64,000 bases of DNA from a bacterium (GTDB taxonomy: Bacteria; JACRDZ01; JAQUKH01). The stretch spans positions 5,604 to 69,603 of the forward strand of contig JBFMCF010000083.1 in NCBI GenBank assembly GCA_040754625.1, written 5' to 3'. Of the stretch, positions 28,101 through 35,848 are shown one piece after another. Position 1 is the first letter of the stretch. Each line of letters opens with the position of its first letter. A program made the position numbers and the translations under genes. The notes under the pieces are model-generated. The model made no database searches and had not been told where the DNA came from. It saw nothing but the letters and a program-made list of their open reading frames with translations.

Positions 28101-31100
28101 GCGAACGTGGAAGTATGATAACAGCACAAAAGCAAATGTTACTAAATTCTGTTTGTCCTGTCATATGAGGCCGGACATCAATTTTGACACAATTACAAAT
28201 TTAGGGGCCTCCGGATACACCTTCAGCGGTTCTTCTCCTGCTTATGGAGGGAAACCAGTCCAGCTAAGACCGTTAGACAGTACCGATACACCGGTATCAA
28301 AACCGGGTGGTGGAGTTTATTATCCGATAGATACTGCATCAGCCCATTTTGACTCAAGCTTCGGGTCAACCGCTGTCGGCGGGTTAAGCTGTACAGATTG
28401 TCATGACCCGCACGGGTCGATCAATAAGTCGATGCTGCAGGACTTCGAGGAGGCCAAGGAACAGAAAGATTATAACCGTGACGGGATAATGGCCCGCGAG
28501 ATACAATATCTGGATAAGGAAAATGTCCGGCTGTATCAATTAAATGAAGAGAAATTCTGTTACTTCTGCCATAACGGGAGATTCAATACCACAGGCGTGA
28601 ACCCGCCGGGAAGCATTCCGGGCGACCCGCTTTACTGGAAGATGAAGGACATTGAAAGTAAATTCGCATACCAGGGTGCCCATCATATGGTAGATGACGT
28701 GGAACAGGACGCGAATGATGTCAGGATAGAATGCACAAATTGCCATAACCCGCATACCGCGAAGAGAGATGCGGTTGTTCTTAACCCGCTGACAGGACAA
28801 AGGGCTTATGTAACTGCCACGGTCCTTATGAATACTTTTTGCGTAGGATGCCATGGTGACAGCACAATCAGTAATGTGATCCCGACCACGTGGGATGAGG
28901 GTATAAAATTCCCCGGGTCCATGATAAACAGGCCTGTCCCGGAATGGACCGGCAATTTATGGAATAAGTTCAATAAACAGTCAATGACTTCAGGAAATAA
29001 GCATTTCCAGAATGTTGAATGTGCGGCATGTCATGACCCGCATGGAACAAGCAACTACCGGCTGTTAAGTGAAACTGTTTTAAATAGATATACGGCCCTT
29101 GGCGGCAGCCCGTCAAGCCCGTCAACTACAAATGTCTACGGCCTGCAGTTAATGCTTCAACCCAAGCCCGACGGCAGGAAACGTTATGAGGTATACAGCA
29201 CAACCTATGGCACGGTTGTCACAAATTACAGCATTAACAGATTCTGTTTTGGGTGTCATAATAAACCGTATGGATACGACCCTGATTACGCGAGCAGTTA
29301 TATTTACCCCGGAGAAACCTGCTACAGCCAGTGGGATTTCGGGGTTGTAGACAGTTCATCGCAATGGACAAATTTTACAAAATACGATTCTATAATGACT
29401 GTGGGCGGCGCTTATAAATATATAGCGCCCGATGTTTATGGAAAAGATAAAGATTGTGATTACTGTCATAATCCTCATGGTTCAGATTCCACCCGTATAC
29501 GCATGGTGCGGGACAATGTTCCGCAGGATCTGGACAGGAACTCGCAGACCTTCGGGGACCGTGTTGACAGCGCAATGTGGTTCCAGGACGGTTATCCTGC
29601 TACTGGAGTGGATTTCTGCCTCAGCAGGGGATGCCATGTTACGAATCGTTTTGCCAAATTGGGGCCAAGAGATCCAAATTATGTTCCTGGCGGGATGTCA
29701 ACATGGTGGACTAAACCCTATGACCAGTTCAATTTGCTTACATATGGCACGTATGGCGCGTTGCCATTTTCCAGTATAAGACCGGGAAGCTTTAAACCGG
29801 ATGGTATAGCATATACTACCGCGCGGGCGTCAAAACACCCGATAATGCCTTACGATGATTTTATAAACCAGGGAAATACGTTGATTTGTTTATCATGCCA
29901 TACACCGCACGGTTCGCCCGGGAATACCGGATTGGCCGCGAGTTACGGCAGTAATTATGAGTCCACTTATCCCCAGGACGCCGCCGGGCTTCGCCGCGCG
30001 TATTATAGAAGAATATATTGGTGGCCTGTAACCTTCTGGAAACGAAGCAGTCCGGCCGACATTGCAATCGGGCATGCCTATGGCGGCACTCCTTCTAATA
30101 ATCAGTTTGCAAATTTCGCAAATTTTAATTATGATTATGATGTCAACACCCTCCTGCAAAACGACGCATATTACTCACTTTTTGTCACCCGCAGAATAAC
30201 AACATATTATAATCTTTATGGGACCCAGGAGATGCATCCTGATGGTGCAGTAGGCACAGAAAATCCTATGCGATACGGTGAAAAAGTTTTTAATCAGAAT
30301 ATTCCCTCGGCCGGAAATGATCTTTGCTATATGTGCCATCCTATGCCGGAAATTGCAGGAGCTACCGGCTGGCCTGAGACTACTTACATAGGAATTGATA
30401 CCACAAAAACCCGTTTTGTAGGCCATGAGGCGGTAATAGGCGGTTCAAAAATAGGAGAGACTAAATTCGGGACAGGGAGCTCGGTAGGGAATATGGGCCT
30501 TAATCTTAGAACGTTCATCGTCCGGAGTGATTTTCATAAATTTACATGTTCAATGTGCCATGGCCCGCACGCCGCTACAAATGAAAAATTATTGACCAAC
30601 AAATGTTATGCTTATAATTTCCGGAAACCGCCGACACTTGACACTCACGGTAATGATGTAGATAACAGGGGCCGTCCTTCCGTATATTGCCATCCTTATG
30701 ACAATACAGGCCCGACAAACTGGAATTACAAAGTTAACTGGAAGGACACCGAGCCTGGAACAACATTCGTCGGGTGGAGAAATATGGTTGACACCACGAA
30801 GATGGATTTTGACAGGCCGCCGAACAGCATAGATACATTGTTTGTATATTTTAATACAACCGGTGTTTACGATACGAATACGGTAATTCCCGGGCTGAGT
30901 AATCTTTATGTAACATCCAGTGATTTTGATGTTGTCCTCGCATGGAGGTCCGTCTATGACAGTACAAGATGGATTGACCATTATAACGTATATCGCGGAG
31001 AGACTACACTTACCCAGGCAAATAAGGCCTATAAGACCAACCCGCCGGGTGTTACCATTAAAACATGGCCGGGATGGAATTACAGCTTTGTAAGCCGCAT

Positions 31101-34100
31101 TTATGACAGCAATCTTACACGGCCGACCGGGGAATTTAATACATTATATACCATTGACCCGTCTTTTGCCCATACCCTTGGAAAAAAATATTATTATATT
31201 GTGGCCCCCGCGGATTCTTTTAATAATGAGGCGCTGACACCAAACTGCCAGGATACAGCAGGGTCTTATTACACAAGCACCAATACCGTTGCTCCAAGGC
31301 CGGTTACCGCCTTGAGCCTGACCCAGGAGACATACGACAGCGGAGGTTTTAATTTCAAGATGCGTTTTATCTGGCAGGACCCGGGGGATAATATAGCTAC
31401 TAAAAATTATTCTTTATACTATAAAATAATAGATACTGCCCAGTTTAATCCAAGTTATTCTTCGCTTAGCGCTTATTTGACTGATTATATTGTAACTGTA
31501 ACTGATACAAGCTTCAATACGGATATAATTTCTGCAATAAATTTCGGAGATTATTATGTTACTACTCATGCAAATGAAAGTACAATGGATTCAGACGCGG
31601 TAGTTCAAAGGAAAGTATATGTTTTAGGCATAAAGCCGGCCGATAATCAAAATAACACCGCGTCTCTTTACAGCATAAAATATATAAGAATAGCAGATCC
31701 TGTTCCATCCATGATAACTGATTTGAAAGCAAGGCCGGATATAACGGCTAATCTGACTGATACTACAAATAATAGATATAATGTCAGATTAGAATGGTCG
31801 GTCCCATGGGATAATGCTCAAAGCATAGAGTCTGCTTCTATCCCGATATACAAGATTTACCGTAAACTTAACGATCCTATTAACCAGATTGAGCTGAATA
31901 CCTATAATTTGATAGACACTGCATTGACAACTATTGAAAATATAGCGGTTTTAACCGCCTATAATTCCGTGGCCCTTTCTCAATATAATTTTGGAAACGT
32001 TATTACGTATACGGATAATGTTGAGCCGAATAAGGTATATTATTATGCTGTAACCTCAATAGATAAATACGCGACTGCCGCGGCAAATCTCGCAGACACT
32101 GTTTATGGTTATACCACCGACCGCGCGGGCAGGTTATACCGTGAACAAATATTGCCGGGTTATAATACTAAACTACTTAGCCCTTTAAGCAGTAAATTTA
32201 AAACGGTAAAGTCAAATACTTCTTTCAGGTTCTCATTTAATGAAGCCACCTATGAAACAGCCTATTTTAAAGAATACAGGTTCTATGAACGTTTTGAAAC
32301 GGACAGGGCCTGGAGGTTTAATTCCACTTATTTTGAAACTGCAATGATTCACGCGACCACTTCTGTCTGCTGGACGCCGGGTTCGGGCTGTCATGATGAC
32401 AGGCTGAGTCACGGAGATACCTCAGAGTGCAGGGTTTGCCACCAGGGTAACGCGCGGGGCAGGCTTGATATAGATACCACTTATCCTGTAGGGACTTATT
32501 ATTTTGCAGGTTCAATTGTTTATAATAGCGTCCGGATCATTATTGATGGAAGGCCGGCAACGGTCAATAACCTGGAATCACCTTTGAATGAAATAGCATC
32601 ATTGACCGTTTACGATTTGATTCCTCCATCTCCGTTTAATTATTTAAATTACACACTTGTGCCGGAAAGGGAAAACGGTTACGATAGTGTCAGGCTCTCG
32701 TGGTCCGGAGGACGGGATACGACTAATTTCCAGAATTATATAATCAAGTACCGTCCCGAAATGGCACCCTACAACCAGTGGTTAAGCAGTTCATGGGTAA
32801 CGCAGGACACCACAGTAATTAATACCTATCAAACCACCTGGACGGCACTGTATCCTACGCCGGACAGCCGATGGCAGTCTAGTCTGGCCCAGCCTAAATA
32901 CGGCGATTTTATTTATAGATATGAAATACAGGCCTGGGATTCAGATTATAATTATTCGTCAATAAGTACTCAGATATCGACACGTCCGCCGTCCGGTGTT
33001 GTAGGCCCTGGTTTTAATTTGCAGGGACTGGCAGGACCTGAAATCAGGTTAAGCTGGACAAATATGTATAACCTCTCGTATGGAACAGATTATTCAGCGA
33101 CAATAGGAGGATATAAACTTTATGCAAAAGAAACGGCCGGCACAATAGACCACATTTTTTACGGGACAACACTTAACATTGATACCGCTTATGGTATTAA
33201 TTTGATAAAGACCATGACTCCGATACTTGATACTACAGCGTGGCCGCAGGGTAACCAGGCACTTAATTGTTATGTTACTGCAAGCAGCAACCAGCCTTAC
33301 GCGTCGAACGCAAACGATGGAAGCTTAGCGTCACTGTGGCTTGCTGATGCTTATGATACGTTCTCGACAACATATATTATGTTTGATTTAGGTGCAAGAA
33401 AAGAAATAGCCACCATAACATATAATAATTCTATTGAAGGAATTAGTTTTGCGGTGGATAGTACCGATAGTTCCCAGGGTTATACTATATTGGTCGCTGA
33501 TACAAACATGGTTTGGGAAACAGTTGTTTCTAAACCTGTAAATACCCCGAGGGGCGAAGTTGCATGGCCGAGAACAGGAGCTCTAACACCGATTCAATAC
33601 ATAATGGTAACCAATTTCAGCAGTTACGCCACTGATAATATTTCGGGAGCTGTAACTGAATTAAAGGCAAACTATCCGTCAGATACAACTACGACCGTGT
33701 TTAACCATGCAAATAATAATCCCTTGTTCAAGGCCCTTATCGGCCGCAGGTATGCCTATGGTATATATTTAGAAGATACAACAAGCGCCAAGAGCCGGTC
33801 GGCGTTTACAGGATCATCCTATTTAGTGCAGGATATTAACAGGCCGTATTCGGTTATTGACCTGGCGGCATACGGCTCAGGCAAGGACAATTACATACGT
33901 CTGAAATGGTCAAAACCGTACGATGATTCCGGAGGTATCGCACGTTATGAAGTATGGCGCAGGGAAGATAACCCGGACATTGTAGATAATAACGGATATG
34001 ATTTCAATAAAAATGTGCGTCTCAGTTCAACATACACGACTGAATTTTATACGGACACAAGTACTCTTTCATCAAGCCCGTACTGGTATGCAATTTGTGC

Positions 34101-35808
34101 GGTAGATTCTACCGGGAACAGGTCTCTTTTTGCGGGTAAAAACTATTCAGTTTCTGCTACAAAAGGAAAAAATAAGGACACAACGCCGCCCGAACCGACA
34201 GTTTTGCAAAAACTTGATTACAGGAAAGTCAGGGACGGCGGCCCGGATGTTACTCTTGGCTGGAAGAGCACAAAAGATAAAAAAGATTACGACACGCTTG
34301 GCCAGGAGGACACTACTTTATATCCGATACCTTCAGATTCAACAATAGGGATCTCTATATATTCGATTTATAAGGTGGATTACGCACTGGATTCCACTCC
34401 TTTTGCCAATGAACTTGAATTGCTTGGCAGAAACACTTTTAACAGCGGCTATTCAACCACCCTGGGAGTTGTAGCTGATGGATGGAAGGCCGGGACATGG
34501 GGGTCGACTAATGTATTGGCAAGTATTGACAGCACGTTGTCAAGCCCTGCCCAGAAACTGAATATTTATAATTATAACGGTGATCCAAATGAACAAATAA
34601 CAGCTAATCCAAAGTATGTCAGGAGCGCGGCATACCTTAAAACAACAGGCTACACATTTGAGACCTCAAGATACATTATCAGCGGCATGGAAACAGCAAC
34701 TACGCATTATATATTTGGTTTATGGTTAAAAGCGGAAGGCCAGTTTGTGGCCCAGTACCCGGGTAATGTTTATGTTGATATAGCAACTAAATTAAATTCC
34801 GGAAATGAGTCAACTTATACCTTAATAGCGAGGAGGACAATTAAAAAACCCGGCTACAACTGGAAGTATTATATACTCAATTTTGTGACTCCGACAAGCG
34901 GCCTGGATTCTACAAATGAAAATGGTATTATGATTTGGGGAAATAATGACGGGAACATATGGATGGACAGCGCCAGACTGACATATCTGGGAAGACCGAC
35001 AATAAGAAAACCTGAAACTACAACAGTTGACATGGATGTCTCGGCAAACCAGAATTATGTTTATGCCGTGACTGCCGTGGATTACCTTGCGGATAATAAC
35101 CCGGATGACGGTTTTATCTATGACGGAAATGAGGGTGATTTTGAGAGCAGTATGATGATTGGTACTGATGAAAGAGAACCGTATTTTGATTCCGCGTATG
35201 AATCAATATGGGACAGTACGCCGTGGCTTATGCTTACTAATCCCGCCCGTGTATTTAAAACCGGCACCACTCCTACTATATCTTTTATGGAAGGTGCGAC
35301 CCCGACTGATTATGTAACGGTTCAGTATGGAGGTAACGGGCTTATTTTTGATTCTGATAATATATTTAAAAACGGTGATTTTGTGAGTTTTAAAATGAAA
35401 ATTATGGACCCGGTTACGAACCTGCCTGATACGACTATTTTGCAGGGAATAGGTTTTCTATATGTTGATTACAGCAGGCTGGATGTTACACGGTGGGGTG
35501 TTTATTCACCTGTCCCGCTTGGCGACGGGGAATACAAATACTATTTTAGAATCAGCACGGATGATTATCTATATTACACGGCGGGAATACCACAACTGCC
35601 GGACACACCCTATAATACTGCCACAGGCATGTATGAAAGCTTATCCAAGATTGTCATTTACGCTGTAGATAAAATGGGGAATGGGCCGTATTTTGACGAT
35701 ACTACCGGACTTGATACAACAGATAATAATCCGGACACTACTTATCGGTGTATACTTGATAATGAAGTCACGGATGCGCCCGGCAGCCCCGGAGGAGAGG
35801 AACCATAA
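19141..35808 (+). CDS. Giant secreted multiheme c-type cytochrome (5555 aa, about 45 heme-binding motifs) with four LamG-like lectin domains, five tandem 59-aa repeats, multiple FN3-like modules and a discoidin (F5/8 type C)-like domain.
   Basis: ATG at 19141 with a GGGGG Shine-Dalgarno sequence. Signal/TM LISLIFLLILSLIPFIFI. About 30 CxxCH in residues 57-1690 and about 13 more in residues ~2950-3810, plus CRVCH near residue 4430. LamG-like blocks end in NTALDEFQISNN and NTALDELLIDG. FN3-like Y/W-rich beta-sandwich modules in the C-terminal third. Confidence 0.85.
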   Translation: MRPKILNDKTDLISLIFLLILSLIPFIFIKAIETTDYRRTMLGSAHDLNNPDSTASCLNCHWMHQRGERVEGYSHSLISQYTRDVCFVCHSGLNPNLETAALKDFGYIKQDFLDYKPKQFQGVDTVHFSGQIGKNPYDIKAEYGVATASAAGSFHMFYSTTGEFSGIDINTFSCFDCHNHGIYESTLDTMGGRLPRLIWSKGSYANFGTTITKADRKDINKFYATEYYCLSCHSKYGYPDKWKTLTWDSARRQLNDTFFLETRHSLLERYGIRSDLPAGSVPEPRNPYGFGNDISCFVCHSRHASAYPSLMRGDFSEVDMCMNCHYGAARDSTYAFTYIHETSLAINYITAGHYADKGYSSIGHVKDIALGGPGVVCTDCHNPHGTGHYKMVKGVVKDPRFKRGDTTYDSSYNLETTYSYIYDLDSLKAVSGFCGGACHNKNSPANYERWYALGMASYTDSATMPSYYRGLPLYDSSKHKGVYNSVQTAPFILSNCSACHDAHGTVNKALLWQSEEELCFQCHFESTIGGAPDIKKYFDTAVSGNHARSHHPIFDTGKVNADQSSVRAVECINCHNPHLATKQYPTIYPYNWSLISDYSSVLNTNNSTDHENRAKFCSACHSETFPKLDPRIYPYGTTYSTTIAYPPGVRINAKQIGNEWFGVQGSAIPATLTYVTNGHFKFPGLIDCINCHSPHGSSNPSNIRDEAYLDPIDSAVDNFISSVYVNFGNYQAFYNENTKISRKFCYTADTAVTYGCHTPQYLTTQVTFPDNLQQDSTRHRTRRVPFGPIDSSYYIDEHDPYWDTNTISAVPPSGILGCSVCHYLAHNPTPDYWYVNSAKGVAQNCLDCHHPAENTYSSTTAKFYGGAPTQYESPYVEFVTSGVYPVSTTYVSKHLASAGINDTTSNYCKQCHGEHVRPTRTNPPVRTDEYHDVPGGGFIASPDTSFGYATTYLDGQTFCLACHRGASRFGGKIAPNVNVTYESAGHGRLGRGDTSSSDTTYGIKVYCFDCHTKHSSQNPKLLRTKIRDLITYSTSDIWTTIVSNRQIRAEDLDTGFNYVSVRTVGYQAVCFACHSLPGSVYDSSIYYQNNAWNSNPGTKLWLGKTVYESAGHGNTFITPYAYVDTAEYGTTKPVNGGMKCSWCHEPHGRGTDSTGAFNSTFNDDMLEIGSTTETGGNITLCYKCHNKVLTAPDSSYSIANIKALFDSSYSMHDIYSTATDTKVTCLNCHNPHTGNKAYPVVVANYRTDVNAGDDAFCISCHLAEGLVPKFSRGNPPPDVEFPKKDAQGEALTGFDKSGYTASAHGLGGAWCRTCHKPHGTMKLKLLREVYDFNQDGLLGGHSYDTIYTTTRYGTTDYREEDVCFGCHRNHDNDGGDWNTAWAGIPDVLQFYQIFDTVTKTYGERTRSHHNVYLDEQRGLDSTWGTTNGVIDDTRVECESCHNQHKATKSQPLTDPDSPDIIMSAWGDSGISFCLRCHDNEPPPGITGLTDEKYKNILKEYGKPDINGIYPNFTGHYRQIDGKPLECRLCHSMHGSNYSKQIQDAMGSELDTFKMMRNMRSVALTDTSLGGNDTLALSTVTEICLSCHSGKSQFYDRNMLVWRDIPIAPPPQRVDLYVNTAVYHPRLLDTSLDSAIYIAYADTGLVRKKVKSVYSTVFNIDDTTVDAAGCNCHGAHNPYKAASNEFSNCFNCHNGYAGIPDQQTPFDTGKFRDGPAPLIKDDNTLLLLHLNGSYDGESKEGSIENTGLAYVAGKYDLGLSFQTTYSTTKLAYPLWTTKSTGAPGQIGRVQHVQSNDLTLRFNNTCNDEDAGGQRYINSLSTATGVSYVEGYIPGITGAVYLGTGNNLTCSTTAAGVTPLSSKKNIDISDSTNNGSVQAWVRIDDPGTGIQDTTTDRYIFIHATTSAEPFKNAIFLRHSNFNTWDIGVSDETGVQYNIVSAKDELTAGWHHIAGTWSKADKQLKIYIDGVLVASEGALFFPKYTSTTFRIGSSSAAAGAINTALDEFQISNNTKPGAEILADYNGENEMNFSARRGTLAFWVKPYWNGNDSEDHTFFESNYDTNNYFRLQKTSANNLTFTIRGRAASPVAVSYSVNDTATLPAGIWSHIAASWEDFDSSRSKMKLYLNGIQVNSIDTATMMVYTDTAFYIGSLENGTQSVKAAMDEVWITDIMQDTSIISSIYATLSNTGTGSTTSPTESYLPNPTSLTLLLSYDTTYNGASGEQALNTSNISRVSGKFDSGLSISGNGTISYLSGNGYSSLALANGFNNSLGIGVLDSTGPITWTQGFLGGTAGGVLIDSSDVLSYNNNTFLIYYYYNDGTGIMKLACKETINSTPPDSTNLGSQFLLGIGSGSSDQAQAPDIIKLSDERYRIYYGYSFSYYQLAYKETINTNLPDSTSLGSRQLLGIGSSLSDRANGPNIIKLDNGKYRIYYFYNDGTYTQLAYKETSDTNPPVITNIGYRQLLGVGDSITNQAQSPSIIRLPDNKYRIYYAYNNNTFAQLAYRETNDTNAPDSTNIGSQQLLGTGTSANDRANAPYIIQLSNGYYRIYYQYYNGSYWQLAYKQTSNANAPDSSNTYSQPRITIATGGYSTAQAYEPSVVPKNKINAKNGTIQVWVNINSGIKDTGSRRYIVRSTFDTSAADPNNSLALFHDTDAAWKFTSRNSTTTSTVSIADNLSYGWHNFAATWDTSALKLYIDGELQNSVSSPNLPDSTASRYYVGCGGGSGQINTALDELLIDGAAKTQSEIRTNIQASSYNFNPVSGTVEMWMKPINWTGTDTTKQHYLFDAHNNSLTKDRVSLYYDTTKEIKFDVYSSTGVLRSAKIDVSTFLDSTTFRHYAGTWDQYSVNLYINGILAGDTAYTAVSDQRAVNLSIGSSARITGQADAIIDEVRIFDVLRDDAAIKADAGGVYDYKMYFANSFDPYDGGSRHPINMESDAFDSSFGTDVSKMECLKCHLQLENDTTLYHRRTGGLIKFVNVDSSMVWNQRTWKYDNSTKANVTKFCLSCHMRPDINFDTITNLGASGYTFSGSSPAYGGKPVQLRPLDSTDTPVSKPGGGVYYPIDTASAHFDSSFGSTAVGGLSCTDCHDPHGSINKSMLQDFEEAKEQKDYNRDGIMAREIQYLDKENVRLYQLNEEKFCYFCHNGRFNTTGVNPPGSIPGDPLYWKMKDIESKFAYQGAHHMVDDVEQDANDVRIECTNCHNPHTAKRDAVVLNPLTGQRAYVTATVLMNTFCVGCHGDSTISNVIPTTWDEGIKFPGSMINRPVPEWTGNLWNKFNKQSMTSGNKHFQNVECAACHDPHGTSNYRLLSETVLNRYTALGGSPSSPSTTNVYGLQLMLQPKPDGRKRYEVYSTTYGTVVTNYSINRFCFGCHNKPYGYDPDYASSYIYPGETCYSQWDFGVVDSSSQWTNFTKYDSIMTVGGAYKYIAPDVYGKDKDCDYCHNPHGSDSTRIRMVRDNVPQDLDRNSQTFGDRVDSAMWFQDGYPATGVDFCLSRGCHVTNRFAKLGPRDPNYVPGGMSTWWTKPYDQFNLLTYGTYGALPFSSIRPGSFKPDGIAYTTARASKHPIMPYDDFINQGNTLICLSCHTPHGSPGNTGLAASYGSNYESTYPQDAAGLRRAYYRRIYWWPVTFWKRSSPADIAIGHAYGGTPSNNQFANFANFNYDYDVNTLLQNDAYYSLFVTRRITTYYNLYGTQEMHPDGAVGTENPMRYGEKVFNQNIPSAGNDLCYMCHPMPEIAGATGWPETTYIGIDTTKTRFVGHEAVIGGSKIGETKFGTGSSVGNMGLNLRTFIVRSDFHKFTCSMCHGPHAATNEKLLTNKCYAYNFRKPPTLDTHGNDVDNRGRPSVYCHPYDNTGPTNWNYKVNWKDTEPGTTFVGWRNMVDTTKMDFDRPPNSIDTLFVYFNTTGVYDTNTVIPGLSNLYVTSSDFDVVLAWRSVYDSTRWIDHYNVYRGETTLTQANKAYKTNPPGVTIKTWPGWNYSFVSRIYDSNLTRPTGEFNTLYTIDPSFAHTLGKKYYYIVAPADSFNNEALTPNCQDTAGSYYTSTNTVAPRPVTALSLTQETYDSGGFNFKMRFIWQDPGDNIATKNYSLYYKIIDTAQFNPSYSSLSAYLTDYIVTVTDTSFNTDIISAINFGDYYVTTHANESTMDSDAVVQRKVYVLGIKPADNQNNTASLYSIKYIRIADPVPSMITDLKARPDITANLTDTTNNRYNVRLEWSVPWDNAQSIESASIPIYKIYRKLNDPINQIELNTYNLIDTALTTIENIAVLTAYNSVALSQYNFGNVITYTDNVEPNKVYYYAVTSIDKYATAAANLADTVYGYTTDRAGRLYREQILPGYNTKLLSPLSSKFKTVKSNTSFRFSFNEATYETAYFKEYRFYERFETDRAWRFNSTYFETAMIHATTSVCWTPGSGCHDDRLSHGDTSECRVCHQGNARGRLDIDTTYPVGTYYFAGSIVYNSVRIIIDGRPATVNNLESPLNEIASLTVYDLIPPSPFNYLNYTLVPERENGYDSVRLSWSGGRDTTNFQNYIIKYRPEMAPYNQWLSSSWVTQDTTVINTYQTTWTALYPTPDSRWQSSLAQPKYGDFIYRYEIQAWDSDYNYSSISTQISTRPPSGVVGPGFNLQGLAGPEIRLSWTNMYNLSYGTDYSATIGGYKLYAKETAGTIDHIFYGTTLNIDTAYGINLIKTMTPILDTTAWPQGNQALNCYVTASSNQPYASNANDGSLASLWLADAYDTFSTTYIMFDLGARKEIATITYNNSIEGISFAVDSTDSSQGYTILVADTNMVWETVVSKPVNTPRGEVAWPRTGALTPIQYIMVTNFSSYATDNISGAVTELKANYPSDTTTTVFNHANNNPLFKALIGRRYAYGIYLEDTTSAKSRSAFTGSSYLVQDINRPYSVIDLAAYGSGKDNYIRLKWSKPYDDSGGIARYEVWRREDNPDIVDNNGYDFNKNVRLSSTYTTEFYTDTSTLSSSPYWYAICAVDSTGNRSLFAGKNYSVSATKGKNKDTTPPEPTVLQKLDYRKVRDGGPDVTLGWKSTKDKKDYDTLGQEDTTLYPIPSDSTIGISIYSIYKVDYALDSTPFANELELLGRNTFNSGYSTTLGVVADGWKAGTWGSTNVLASIDSTLSSPAQKLNIYNYNGDPNEQITANPKYVRSAAYLKTTGYTFETSRYIISGMETATTHYIFGLWLKAEGQFVAQYPGNVYVDIATKLNSGNESTYTLIARRTIKKPGYNWKYYILNFVTPTSGLDSTNENGIMIWGNNDGNIWMDSARLTYLGRPTIRKPETTTVDMDVSANQNYVYAVTAVDYLADNNPDDGFIYDGNEGDFESSMMIGTDEREPYFDSAYESIWDSTPWLMLTNPARVFKTGTTPTISFMEGATPTDYVTVQYGGNGLIFDSDNIFKNGDFVSFKMKIMDPVTNLPDTTILQGIGFLYVDYSRLDVTRWGVYSPVPLGDGEYKYYFRISTDDYLYYTAGIPQLPDTPYNTATGMYESLSKIVIYAVDKMGNGPYFDDTTGLDTTDNNPDTTYRCILDNEVTDAPGSPGGEEP
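19309..24216 (+). other. Heme-rich region 1 of the 5555-aa protein (about 30 CxxCH/CxxxCH motifs from CLNCH to CFNCH).
   Basis: Motif positions read directly from the translation and DNA: tgtcttaattgtcac at 19309 and tgttttaactgccac at about 24201. Confidence 0.8.
24755..25650 (+). other. Two consecutive LamG/concanavalin-A-like lectin domains (Laminin_G_3-like) in the 5555-aa protein.
   Basis: SVQAWVRIDD...WHHIAGTWSKADKQLKIYIDGVLVA...INTALDEFQISNN, then LAFWVKPYW...WSHIAASWED...MKLYLNGIQV...MDEVWITD. Confidence 0.6.
26020..26990 (+). repeat. Five tandem, diverged 177-bp (59-aa) repeats, consensus LAYKET-x-x-TN-x-PDSTNLGS-x-QLLGIGSS-x-SDRA-x-AP-x-IIKL-x-x-x-x-YRIYY-x-YN, inside the 5555-aa ORF.
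   Basis: Repeat units start at about 26115, 26284, 26461, 26641 and 26818. Protein-level identity between units is roughly 50-60%. Confidence 0.8.
26965..27825 (+). other. Third and fourth LamG/concanavalin-like domains of the 5555-aa protein.
   Basis: GTIQVWVNINSG...WHNFAATWDTSALKLYIDGEL...INTALDELLIDG and GTVEMWMKPINW...YAGTWDQYSVNLYINGIL...IDEVRIFD. Confidence 0.6.
27990..30565 (+). other. Heme-rich region 2 of the 5555-aa protein (about 13 motifs from CLKCH to CSMCH, including the CX4CH variant CLSRGCH).
   Basis: CLKCH, CLSCH x2, CTDCH, CYFCH, CTNCH, CVGCH, CAACH, CFGCH, CDYCH, CLSRGCH, CYMCH, CSMCH. Confidence 0.8.
33260..33520 (+). other. Discoidin (F5/8 type C)-like carbohydrate-binding domain within the FN3-rich C-terminal third of the 5555-aa protein.
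   Basis: LNCYVTASSNQPYASNANDGSLASLWLADAYDTFSTTYIMFDLGARKEIATITYNN matches the discoidin pattern (A-S-S..., DG...T-W, DLG...I). Confidence 0.45.
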
Positions 35809-35837
35809 AATTATATTGTGAAACAAAAAAAAAGAAA

Positions 35838-35848
35838 AAATGGTATAA
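35838..35848 (+). promoter_or_regulatory. Extended -10 element (TGGTATAAT) immediately downstream of the 5555-aa ORF stop, upstream of the FN3/TPR protein gene.
   Basis: aaaaatggtataatttagtgaggtataatgtaATGAAA. A GAGGT Shine-Dalgarno sequence lies 9 nt before ATG at 35868. Confidence 0.3.

Noticed and set aside
19901-30981. Numerous 60-130 aa antisense ORFs within the 5555-aa gene.
   Set aside because: The plus-strand frame is continuous for 16.7 kb with dense conserved heme motifs, so the antisense ORFs are chance.
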